A stretch of DNA of 20,948 nucleotides from Fonticula alba ATCC 38817 (taxonomy: Eukaryota; Protista; Nucleariida): the NCBI GenBank assembly GCA_000388065.2, contig KB932207.1; one strand, given 5' to 3'. The position numbers and the translations under genes are program-made. Shown here one piece after another: positions 8,624 to 19,439 of the stretch. Below the pieces are notes generated by a model. The model saw only the letters and a program-made list of their open reading frames with translations. It made no database searches and had not been told where the DNA came from. Position 1 is the stretch's first letter; each line of letters opens with the position of its first letter.

Positions 8624-11600
8624 ATGAGCGGCCACCCCGGGTACAACCAGCAGCAGGCGCAGTCGTATGGACACCCCTCGCAGCAGGGTCCGCCGGCGGC
8701 GCGACACCCTCAGGAGGGCCCATACGCCGCGTATGCCGCGGCGACGGCGGCCGCCGCCGCCGCGGCCGGGTCGCAGTATGGCGCATATCATCCACAGCAT
8801 GGGGGCGCCCACGCTGGCCAGGCGCACCCCGGCGCCGCTGCCGGGCACTATCACCCCCAACAGGTGCCGGCCCCGGGCCAGGCAGCCCAACAGCACCCCG
8901 CATACCAGGGATACGCGCAGCATCATCACCACCAGGCGATGCATGCCGCTGGGGCCGCTGGCCATGCGCACGCCCCTTCGCTGCAGCACCAGGGCCACCC
9001 ATCTGCCGGGGCACAGCAGCAGCAGCACCCGCAGGCGGCAGCGGGCCACGCACACATGATCCACTCGCATCACTCTCAGCTGTCGCAGCAGCAGCAGCAG
9101 CAGCAACAACACCAGCAGCAGCAGCAACACCAGCAGCAGCAGCACCAATATTCTCAGCAATATGCTCAGCGACAGCCCGTCGGCTCGTATCAGCAGTACC
9201 ATTTGCAGCAGCCGCAGCAGCCACAGCAGCCGACACCGCAACAGGCGCGACAGGTGTCGCACCAGCAGCACTTGCATCCGCAGTATGCCCAGCAACAGCA
9301 GCAGCAGCAACAGCAGCAACAACAACAACAACAGCAGCAGCAGCAGCAGCAGCAGCACCATCACCACACGCAGCACCAGCAGCAGCCGCCGCCGCAACCG
9401 CAGCACCAGCAACCGCAGCACCACCACCAGCATCAGCACCACCAGCAACCGCCCCAGCAGCACTATCACTCCCAGCCGCAGCCACAGCCGCAGCATCTGG
9501 CCGCATCCCAGGCGTATGTCGATGAGGCAGCCCGCCAGCATGCCCCCCCTGGTAGCTACCAGGCCCCGGCCGGTGTGCGACACCGCCACCCGCAGCCGCA
9601 GCAGCCGGGCATGCCGGCAGCCGGGTACACGGCCGGGGGCGAGGCCCATCCTGCCCAGCACCATCCCCAAGCCAAGTCGCTTGCAGGGCCCGTGGAGCAT
9701 TTCCACAGCCAGCAGGCGCCGCAGCAGGGCCAGCCGCAGGGCCAGCCGCCGGTGCAACACCCCCAAGCCGGGGTGTATGGGCAGCACCAGCCGCCGGCGC
9801 ATGCCAGCGCGCCACCACATGCTCAGCCTCCGGCGCACCACCATCACCACCATCCGCAGCAGGCCGCTCAGCCGGCCCCGGGCCAGCAAGTGCCCCAGCA
9901 CCAGGCCCACACGCCGGGCATGCCTCCGGCCATGAATGGGCCCTCGCCGCACCATGGCCATCCGCATCACGGCCCGGCGCATGGCCAGTATGTGCATCAC
10001 AAGCCGCCTGGGCCCCAGGCCCCGGGCGCGGCCTCGGCCACCAACACCGCGGGGTACCATTTGAATGTGGCCGCGGCGGCTGGCTTCGCCGGTGCTGCAG
10101 CCGGCACCCCGGCGGTTGGGTCATCGCCGCATGCAGGGGCAGCTCCGGGCCCGGGCCCGGGCGCGGCTCCCCAGTACCGACAGCTTTCCGGCTCGCACCC
10201 GGCGTACGCCAGCCAGCCAGGCTACCCCCCCTCGGTTGGGCATGCACATGGTGCCGCGCAGCCGGCACAGCACCCGCACGCGCCGCCCGCTGCTACAGTG
10301 GCAGCGGCAGCCGCGGCCGCCGCCGCCGCCGCCGCCGCTTCGGCAACCGCCGCCGGCCATTACTTCCCCGCTGGTGGGCGCCCGGTCGGCGGCCAGTCGC
10401 CCTATCAGCCGCCGGTGTCGGCGCCGCCGGCTTTGGCCCCGGGCGCCATGGTGGCCTCGGGGCCCGGCATGTCGCCGGCCAGCGTGCCGCCCGGGCATGA
10501 TCCCTCGGGGCCGCAGGCTGGCGCGTCCGGGGTGGCGGCGGCGGCGGCCGTGGCCGCCGCAGCCGCCCTCAAGTCCCGCGGCCTGCCGAGCCCGCACCAC
10601 CCGTATGCCGAGCATGCGGCCTACCCACCCGGGCATGCGCACCATTCCCAGCTCCCGTCACAGGCACAGTCCCAAGTGCAAGTGCAGCAGCTTCAGCCAC
10701 CGCCGCCGCCGGCTGGGCACCCGGCACACCGGTCGCACTCTCCGATGCACCCGGCTCCGGCATTGCAGCCCCCTGCCCAACCGAAGACGGCACACCATCA
10801 CCATCACCACCATCACCACCAGCAGCAGCAGCAGCAGCAGCCCCAAGCGCCAGCTCAGCCGCATCCAGGCTCCGGTGTCCCACCGCCGCATCTCAAGCAG
10901 CCGCCGCAGCCGCACCAGCAGCCGCCGCCGCCGCAGCCGCACCAGCACCCGCACCAGCTGGCGCCCCCACAGCCACATCAGCAGCAGCTGCCGCTGGTGC
11001 AAATGAAATCCCACGTCCCGTCATCGCCCCATACGGCGGCCTGGCATCAGGACTCGCCGCAGCAGATCCCCCCAACCGGGCACTACGCCCCTCCGGGCCC
11101 GGGTGCCGGGCCGGCTGTCCGGCCTCTGCCACCCCGGCCCGAGTCCCATCCTCCCCCGGGGGCGCCGGCTGCTGGGGCCCATGCCCCTGCGGCCACTCGG
11201 CCCTCGCCAGCGCCCGGGCCGGGGCCCGGCGCCGCGGCCGCCCGGCCGTCTCCCTCGCCCACGCCGGCGCAGCAGCCCCTGCAAACCCCGGACACCGGGG
11301 CCGGGACCATGGCCGACGCGTCGCAGCAGCCGCGCGACACGGCACCCGGCAAGGCCCCGCCCGCCGTCCGATCCCCTCCCTCTCAGGCCCAGGCCCAGGC
11401 CCATGGCCCGCCCCCGACAGGGGCGCCACCCAAGCCCGGAGCACCGGAGCCGGCCGTGCGGCCGCGCCCCCCTGCCTCCAATGCCGCGGCCGACTCGGCA
11501 CGGGGCCCTGCTCAGACACCGGCGTCGGCATCGGCGCACCCGCAGCCGCGCTCGCAGCCGCACCCGCACCCGCACCCGCAGCAGCAGCAGCCGCAGCAGC

Positions 11601-12661
11601 CGCAACAATCATCGCAAGACCAGTCGGCCAAGTCGCAGCCCCGGTCGCCGACCACGCACTTGGCCTCGCCCCGGGGCCACCCCTCATCGGCGATGATGCA
11701 CCAGATCGAGATGGTGCCGAACTACAACTTCCGGCAGTCGAATCCACTGCCGCTGCCGCTGCCGCTGTTGACCTCCCTGCTGCACTTGCGGCTGACGCTG
11801 GTGGCGCCGTTGCCCGTGGCGCGGGAGGTCTTCGCCGAGTTTCCGGTCAATCCCCAATCCATAGTCTTCGCTTTGAACTTCCCCCCCGGGCTGCTGGCCG
11901 TTCTCTCGGACCTCGCCCGCCTTCACACCGAGTGGTACATGCCTCTCCTGTGTCGCCTCTTGGCTGCACACCCACGCTCGATCCTCATGCACACACACAC
12001 ACACACACACACACATGCGCACGCGCGCACGTTGTCTTGCTGCTAACGCATCTCTCCTGCGTGCTGGAATCATTGCCTCAGGCCGTCCAAGCCACAGCTC
12101 TGCCTGCCGGATGACTCGTCCAAGACCGCCCACCGGGCCATCATTCGAGTGGACCTGGCCCTGTCGCTGTTGCTCGCTTCGCTGTCCGAGGCGCACACGA
12201 TCATCAGCCAGCGCCGCGATGCGGCGGCCGGTGCTGGTCCCTCCACGGCTGACGGGTCGGCCTCCGGCGTCCCGGCCCTGCGTCCGGGCTTCCTGCTAGG
12301 TGGCCGAGGCGTTGGCAAGGCCACGGCCACCGGGCGCCGCCGGGCGGCCCATCGCGACTTGCGCCTTGACCGGCTGATGGGCCTTGCGGCCGGCGCCGAG
12401 CGGCTTTTCACCCGGCCAGCCGGCCGGCACCAGGTGGTCACGGCGCCCGAGCGTGCGGTCCGTGTCCAGGCCCGGCAGGTGTCTGCCTGGCTGGACAACC
12501 TGTCCGAGGCATCCGGCGCCCCGGGTGCCAGCCCGACCTCCCCGGCCGCCGGGTCGTCCCCTCGGCTGCGAGCCCTCGATGCCTTGGTGACCCGGTCGCG
12601 CGACTCTCGCGCCGATATGTGCCGGCTCCTGCGCTTGCCCTCCTTCGACCAGCTTTTCTGA
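8624..12661 (+). CDS. Hypothetical ~1296 aa protein: ~1030 aa Q/H/P/A/G/Y low-complexity (prion-like) region plus an unrecognised C-terminal region
   Basis: join(8624..11934,12082..12661), 3891 nt in frame. Starts MSGHPGYNQQQAQSYGHPSQQ. Phase-2 donor GTACAT at 11935 (GTGGTA at 11932 is also in phase), TGCTAAC branch at 12041-12047, acceptor CAG at 12079-12081, stop TGA at 12659-12661. The junction reads RLHTEW|PSKPQLCLPDDSSKTAHRAIIRVDLALSLLLASL. Confidence 0.8.
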
Positions 12662-12784
12662 CCCCCTGACAAATGCCCAAGTCGTGAATACACCCAACAC
12701 CCCACACACTGCTTTTCGGGTGTCCCATTCCGGGGAGGGGGGGGAGAGAGAGGGAGAGAGAGAGAGAGAGGGGGGGGGAGGGAG

Positions 12785-13403
12785 NNNNNNNNNNNNNNNN
12801 NNNNNNNNNNNNNNNNNNNNNNNNNNNNNNNNNNNNNNNNNNNNNNNNNNNNNNNNNNNNNNNNNNNNNNNNNNNNNNNNNNNNNNNNNNNNNNNNNNNN
12901 NNNNNNNNNNNNNNNNNNNNNNNNNNNNNNNNNNNNNNNNNNNNNNNNNNNNNNNNNNNNNNNNNNNNNNNNNNNNNNNNNNNNNNNNNNNNNNNNNNNN
13001 NNNNNNNNNNNNNNNNNNNNNNNNNNNNNNNNNNNNNNNNNNNNNNNNNNNNNNNNNNNNNNNNNNNNNNNNNNNNNNNNNNNNNNNNNNNNNNNNNNNN
13101 NNNNNNNNNNNNNNNNNNNNNNNNNNNNNNNNNNNNNNNNNNNNNNNNNNNNNNNNNNNNNNNNNNNNNNNNNNNNNNNNNNNNNNNNNNNNNNNNNNNN
13201 NNNNNNNNNNNNNNNNNNNNNNNNNNNNNNNNNNNNNNNNNNNNNNNNNNNNNNNNNNNNNNNNNNNNNNNNNNNNNNNNNNNNNNNNNNNNNNNNNNNN
13301 NNNNNNNNNNNNNNNNNNNNNNNNNNNNNNNNNNNNNNNNNNNNNNNNNNNNNNNNNNNNNNNNNNNNNNNNNNNNNNNNNNNNNNNNNNNNNNNNNNNN
13401 NNN
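12785..13403. other. Assembly gap (N run) hiding the 3' end of COG3
   Basis: 619 N. The COG3 frame is still open where it enters the gap at 13404. Confidence 0.99.
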
Positions 13404-16400
13404 GTCGGCGCCGCCGGCACCACCCCCGGGCCCCAGCCGGACCAGGCAGAGATCGCGCGCGGTTTGGCAGATCTGCACCGCCAGGTGTCGGCGCTGGGTC
13501 CGCTCGGCGGGGCTCACCCCGGCCGGCCACTGTGGCAAAAGGCTGGACGCGGGCGAGGTCCGCCGCAGGTGCTGGTCCATGGCGCCCAGGACCGCCACCC
13601 CGGCCGGATTGGTATGAAGCCCACCCGGCCCGAGCCCGGGCCCGGTGCCTCCCTCGCCGTGTAGCGCGCCGTCCAGGTCCTCCGGGTCGGCATCGACATC
13701 GGCCCCATCAGCGATGCCCAGCAGGAACTGGTGAAGCCGGAGCAGGTGCTCCGGCAGGAGGGCCGCGGCACGGGCCAGGGCCCCGCGCAGGCCATCATCA
13801 ACTGCGTGTCAGGCGCCGGGGTGTTAGAAGACCGCCTGCCGGGCGAAATATGCGAGGGTAGCGCGCGAACCCGAGGCAGGACATAGGGGCGGGGAAGAGA
13901 GCGGGGGGGGGGGGGGGGGAAGGCTTGCCATGAAGAGCGAGCGCCTTTGGAACGCACCCTCCGAGGCCGATGGCCCGGTGGCTGCCAGCGGGGCCAGCGT
14001 GCGTGTGGCCACCGCCGTGCGCCAAGCTGCCAGAGCCGTGCGCAGGTCGGCATCCATGCCGGCGGCCCCGGCCACCGAGGCGACCCCCGGCAAGACGGCC
14101 GCTGCCGTGGCCGGCCGTCCCCCGGGCATTCCCAGCGCCGGGGACAGGATGGATTGGGCAGCCGCCGCTGCGGCCGCCAGATTGATGGGCACCTCGGCAA
14201 AGCGACTGAAGGGGCCGGAGTTCTGCAGGTGACCAGTCACCGGGGGCAGGGTGTCCGTCAGGACCTGGATGCCGCGCTGCATGAAGCCCCCGAGCATCCC
14301 GGCCGCATAGCCACTGGCTCCGGCAAGCAGCCCGCCCCGACCGGGAGAGCTCGCTGCTGGGGCTGCACTTGACGACTCCTGCCCCGAGGGCCCGGGGGTG
14401 CCGGGCTGCGGTGCCAGGAAAGGCGACGTCGTGGCCACCGGCACATCCAGCCCGGCCACCGGCTGCATGTCGAAGTGCACCACCACCAGCTGACGAATGC
14501 ACGCCAGATGCCGAACATAGAAGAGCGGCGCGTCAATATCACACGTCTGGGATCGTGTGTGTGTGTGTGTGTGCGTGAGAGAGAGCGAGAGGGAGAGGGA
14601 GAATATGTATGTGCGAATGTGTGCGAGTGGAGTGACGAGGGCAGAGGTGGCCGTGGTTTCAGCGTCAATGAGTCAGGGATCGTTGTTTGACGACGGTGGT
14701 GGTTGCATGTGTCATTTTTCCCCGATGGGGGGGGGGACGGAGAATGGCGGATTTTTACGCAGTCGTCACAGGAAGTTAGCACAAACCACGCCCGGGCCAT
14801 GGAACAAGACCCCCACAAGACCAGGGACAAGGGCAAGGGAGCGCACCGGGGTTTTGGCGTTCAACAAAGCCAAGGACGCCTGGTGCACGGCTCCGCGCAT
14901 GCTGGCCACCAGCTCCACGGCCAGCGAGTGGAAGAGATCCCGGCCCACGCGGCCCTGGTGCAGCAGATACACAAGATCAATGACCACGCGCAATGGGGCG
15001 TACAGGGTCGACGCGGCAGGCAGCGCCGGGTCGCCCCACACCGGCGAGAGAGGGATGCCGCATTCGGTGCGGAATTCAATCAGGAAGGCACGCTCGTCAT
15101 TCCCCGGCTGCAAGGACGCCTCGGAGGCACTCGTGGCTGGCGGCCGACCGACCAGCGACCTGGAAGCGTCCGACCCGATGGCCGGCGACTGGGCGCAGAT
15201 CCGCCGAACCAGGGCCTCGGCCGCCGCCGGCGACCCGAGTACGGGGGGCGGGTACAGCAGCGCTCGCGAGGAGGCCTGCTGCGAACGGAAGGCGATGCGC
15301 GTGCGGATGTCCGCCAAGGCCGGGCTCACGGCCCGGTGTGGCAGGGTGTTCAGCGAGTCTCCGATGGACTCCGGCTCGTCGAGGTCATCCAGCAGTGGGG
15401 ACAGTCCGGCTGACACGGCACACAGCCGGTCAATCCGCGACTCGCTGATGGCCTTGGCTCGGATGTGCTCCTGGAAGGGCTTGCCCAGTATTGCGAGGTG
15501 GTTGCTACAGGGCAGCGAGTCGGGGGCAGCATGGGGGAAGTGAGATGTCGGCATGAGGTAAGTACCGAGGGGGAGGGAGAGGGGGGAGGAGGGGGGAGGA
15601 GGGGGGAGGAGAGAGGAAAGAAAGAGGAAAGAGGAAAGAAGAAAGAAACAGGAAAGAGGAAAGAAGAAAGAAACAGGAAAGAGGAAAGAAGAAAGAAACA
15701 GGAAAGAGGAAAGAAGAAAGAAATAGAAAACAGGAAAGAGGAAAGAAACAGAAAACAGGAAAGAGGAAAGAAACAGAAAACAGGAAAGAGGAAAGAAACA
15801 GAAAACAGGAAAGAGAAAAGAAACAGGAAAGAAGAAAGAAACAGAAAACAGGAAAGAGGAAGAAGTAGGGCACATGAAAATAGCCGGCAGACCGTGCCAT
15901 CGACACACACCTTAAGGCATCAATATCGTCCACAGTCAGTTGCGGGCTGAGGGCCGGCGCCGAGGCCGGACTCTCGGCTGGCGTGGTGGGTTCGCTCCCG
16001 GCCGAGGGGGACGTGCCGTCGGTGAAGAAGCCCGAACACAGAAGCACCTCATCGGCCAACACACCCAACAGGAAGTGGCATGCCCGGTAGGCGAAGGATG
16101 CCAGACTGCCATCATCCCGAACCGGCGCCTCCGAGCCGGGCCCCCCGCCACTGGCGAACCCCGCATGCCCGGGCCATTGAATGTCCGAAGCCAGCCAGTC
16201 GTCCCAGAGCTCGCCGCCGCCCATGACCGTGGCTTTGCTGGGCTTGGCCAGCTCGCCGAGACACCGCGAGATGCCGCCATACGACTCGAGCACCGTCCGC
16301 CGGCCGGCGAGGAGACTGTCCCGGCAGGCCACCAAATGCCCGAGCGTCTCGGCGGCCGTCTGCGCCAATTCGGCCCGGGCAGACACGCCGCGTGCGGCGG

Positions 16401-18256
16401 CCGCCGCCGCCGCCGCGCTCGCCGCCGGTCCGGCTCCCATGAGAGCCCCCGGTGCCGAAGGCCCGGCCTTGTGCACGATCAACGCCGTGGAGTCCGTCTG
16501 CGTGGTGGCCGGGAAGTCATGGCGGACCAGGGACCGGGTGGCTTCCATGGCCTGGCGCTCCGGGGTCGACCGCTGGGCCAGGAAGGCCAGCAGCGCGCGC
16601 GCCGCCGGGGCCACGCTTCGATATGGCGCATCGCACAAGGTTGCCCGCTCGATCTCCACCTCGGTCACCGGGTCGCCGTGCGGGGCGTCGGATGCCCCGC
16701 CAGCCGGCGGGTTCTGCCACGGGGGTCAGCGTGGGAAGGGAGCCATCCGGGCCGGCTGCCCCCGATGGGCATGCCACAAATGCGAGGCACGTACAGAAGT
16801 CACCTTGCGGTACACACGATCCAGGGCCTCGCGCCGTGCGGTGGAGATGAGCAGCACCGCCCGCTCACGGAGACGGCCCAGCGCCTGTCGCGTGAGGCCA
16901 TGCGCCCGACGCACATACACCGAGCTATTCAAGTAGAAGGGCTTCACAGTGTCATCCCAAAAACCATGATGATAGCGGAGGGGGGGGGGAGGAAGAAGGT
17001 GAGCAAGGAGAAGAGGGCAGGCAGGCAGGTACAGCAGGGCAAAGCCACACAGCATGGACCAGTAAAGCCGCCACCGAGGAGCGGGCAGCCCGGGGACGGT
17101 GTCATGGCACGAGCACGTGCAGACGCACCCGAGACTCGAAGAAGGCCGCACTGGCCTCAGCACGCTCGATGAGGGCCAGCTCGTGTTGCAGGTCGTCCCC
17201 CTCGGCCAGGGGTCGAGCCAACGCCGCGGCGATCACATCCAGCTGGGCAAAGACATCCAGGCGCTGGTCCAGCGCGGTGGCAAACTTTTCCAACCACGCG
17301 CGCTTGGTGGCCAGCGCATCGCAGCTGTCCTGTAGCGCGCGCGTCCGGGTCCGGACCTCTTGACTTGTGGAGTCCAGGGAAAACAGCGCATCCAGGGCCT
17401 CGGTGGCTGGATGCCATACAGGTGAGTGCACGGCCCGACTGGCAGACTGAAGGCCAGGAGAAACCCACATCCGCGGCAAGGAACATGCCTGCCCCTCCCC
17501 GGGGGAAGGGTGTGCGAGTGTGCATTCGGCACGAACCATGTTCCAGAATGGTGTCACACGCGGAGGCGTGCATCAGCAGCGAATCGCCATAGGCGCTGCA
17601 CAGGGGCGGGGGCGGGGGGGGGGGGGGGGGGAAGGGGCAAAGACGCATGGGGGGCCGGTCACAGGCAGCCAGGTGGGAGACCGCACACGAGCGAGGGACA
17701 AACTGGTGAGTGGCCGCAGGGCGGCATCGTGCAGCGGGGGGAAAAGGGACCTCGCGGCACTGGCCTGGCCTTTGCATCAGAGGGGGGACAGAGGCATGGC
17801 GTACATGTGGGTCGACACGCGGGACTGTGCCAACAAGGCCTCGCTCGACCGGACACTGGCAGCCAGCCGGGCCGGGGAGCTGACACCCCCGGTGGGAGTG
17901 GCGGCGGGGGCTGGCGGCTGGTCGCCTTCCGATGCCGAGGCCGCCGGGGCCGGGTGCTGCCCGGCCGGGTCCTCCGGCAGGCCGGACAGGAACTCACGCT
18001 CGACCGGGGCCGACACGACCAATCGCAATGAGCCGTCTGGCGGCCCGGCGCGGCTGACCATCGCCTGAAGGCGCTGCATCAGGAGCTTCTGGCTGTCAGT
18101 CGGCGGCGGCGGGCCGGTCTCCCAGGACCGGACCAGGCGCGCGGCATCAGCCACATTGCTGCTGGCGGCTGTGATTGCCGCACTGGACGCGGGGTCGGGC
18201 GTGCGGTAGCCCGAGGGGGTCGCCACCGCTGCCGGGCCGGTCGAAGTGGACGCCAT
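13404..18256 (-). CDS. COG3: Conserved oligomeric Golgi complex subunit 3 (Sec34), 3'-partial, more than 1128 aa
   Basis: Exons 17805..18256, 17537..17595, 17129..17406, 16795..16941, 15911..16713, 14847..15504, 13958..14546 and <13404..13801; all phases are compatible. Motifs: CDTILEHATEALDALFSLDSTSQEVRTRTRALQDSCDALATKRAWLEKFATALDQRLDVFAQLD (Sec34 domain); PFYLNSSVYVRRAHGLTRQAL (cf. HPNFKDYPIYLLKFKQCLSKAL); DIDAPLFYVRHLACIRQLV (cf. QIDGQLFLIKHLLILREQI). Comparisons are from memory. The exon 1-2 join and the AAG acceptor at 16942 are the least certain. Confidence 0.88.
15611..15865 (+). repeat. Polypurine/polypyrimidine minisatellite, ~25-bp unit, about 10 copies, in COG3 intron 5
   Basis: Units ggaaagaggaaagaagaaagaaaca x3 and ggaaagaggaaagaaacagaaaaca x3, plus variants of 32, 18 and 25 nt. 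The + strand is almost entirely A/G. Confidence 0.95.
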
Positions 18257-18703
18257 GTCAGGGGAGCAGACGGCGGGAGCGGGGGGACGTGCGGAGGGGG
18301 GAGGGGGGCGCCGCCAGGCCAGTGGAGTGGGCGACGGGGATGGCTGCCAGAGAGCAGGGCAATGAGAAGGCAGAGAGAGTAGGGGAGGGGGGACATGCAG
18401 ATATGGCGGGAAAGCGCGCGGCGAAGGGTGGAGAATTAATTCCCCTCCCCTCCTCGACGAGCAAGCCAAAATGTGTGTGTGTGTGTGTGTGTGTGCGTCA
18501 GCCTCCCCCCTCCCCACCCCCTTCCTCTGCCTCCAGGCTCCAGGATAATGGACCAAGATCGCGCCTGGGCCGATCGGCGCCGAGCACTTAGCTACTGACA
18601 AGTTGGACAGAAAAACATGCACCCCTCGCCCGCGGCTCGACCGGCCCCCCCCCCCCCCGACTGGCAAGTGGCGGGGGCGGTGTCCGACACCTCGCGATGA
18701 ATT

Positions 18704-18716
18704 CCACGTCACGTGA
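18704..18716 (-). promoter_or_regulatory. Overlapping E-box (TCACGTGA) and bZIP/UPRE-type (TGACGTGG) motif upstream of COG3
   Basis: The minus strand reads TCACGTGACGTGG, about 450 nt upstream of the COG3 ATG. A GC box (GGGGCGG) lies at about 18674-18680. Confidence 0.35.
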
Positions 18717-18903
18717 TTCTCCCAGCCTGACGGTGCGCCGGGACCCGGCGGTCGCCCTGGACGCGAGAGAGAGAGAGAGAGAGAGAGGGACAAGGCCCCG
18801 GGGTCCCGCGACAAGGCTCGGCGCCGGACCCCACCCTGTGTGGGATGGGCCCCTCTCGCCTGGGAGGACGGGTATCCCACGTCTCACCGCACCTTGGTGC
18901 GTG

Positions 18904-18936
<33 letters not shown>

Positions 18937-19164
18937 ACTGTGCATGAGGCTCGCCCAGCGTACCTCGCTCCCCCCCTGCCCCCCCCCCCCCTCATGCTGT
19001 GTGTCGCCGAGCTCCCCATGCCTCAGGTGTGCTCTGCGGCCCTACTCTGGCGCTCTGAGAGTGGCGAGAGAGGCAAATGCAGGGGCCTGCACACATCCCC
19101 CACAACGAGCGGAAGCACGGCGCAACCCAATGCTCTCTGTTCCCAGGGTCTCCCCCGCTCTTCG

Positions 19165-19166
<2 letters not shown>

Positions 19167-19204
<38 letters not shown>
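19167..19204. repeat. (TC)19 microsatellite
   Basis: Read directly. Other (CA/GT)n and (GA)n tracts occur at about 3472-3497, 6285-6314, 7116-7142, 11990-12014, 14556-14572, 18472-18494, 18763-18786 and 18899-18936, all in introns, UTRs or intergenic DNA. Confidence 0.95.
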
Positions 19205-19207
<3 letters not shown>

Positions 19208-19439
19208 CCAGCTCTCTCCCTTGGTTGCTCTCTTTCGGGGCGAGGTGTTTATTTCTGAGGCATTGGAGGACAAAAGGGGACGCGAAGGGCTCCCCCGGAA
19301 AAGAGGGGCCAAAGCGCAGCAAGCCGCTTCTCTAGGAGGGTGGGAAGGCAGCCATGCAGACGCGCGCGATGTGAGAATCTGGGTGAGAGAAGAAGCAGAC
19401 TGGTGGCATAGACAGACTGGCGGTTGAGCAGACGCGTGT

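Noticed and set aside
6790-10060. 911-aa (+) and 1055-aa (-) ORFs overlapping NUP58 and gene 5
   Set aside because: Alternative or antisense frames of CAG-rich, GC-rich coding DNA (poly-Ala, poly-Leu), stop-poor by composition.
7232-12046. 1604-aa + strand ORF beginning with PKPEPEA repeats
   Set aside because: The first part is the antisense reading of the NUP58 FG repeat, joined across an N gap. The real gene starts at 8624.
13921-13932. Possible GC-AG donor ATG|GCAAGC in COG3
   Set aside because: It is phase 0, but the next exon (13801) needs phase 1. The canonical G|GTGCGT at 13957 fits.
15505-15910. Phe/Leu/Ser-rich membrane-like or Lys/Glu/Arg-rich ORF segments
   Set aside because: These are translations of the intronic minisatellite.
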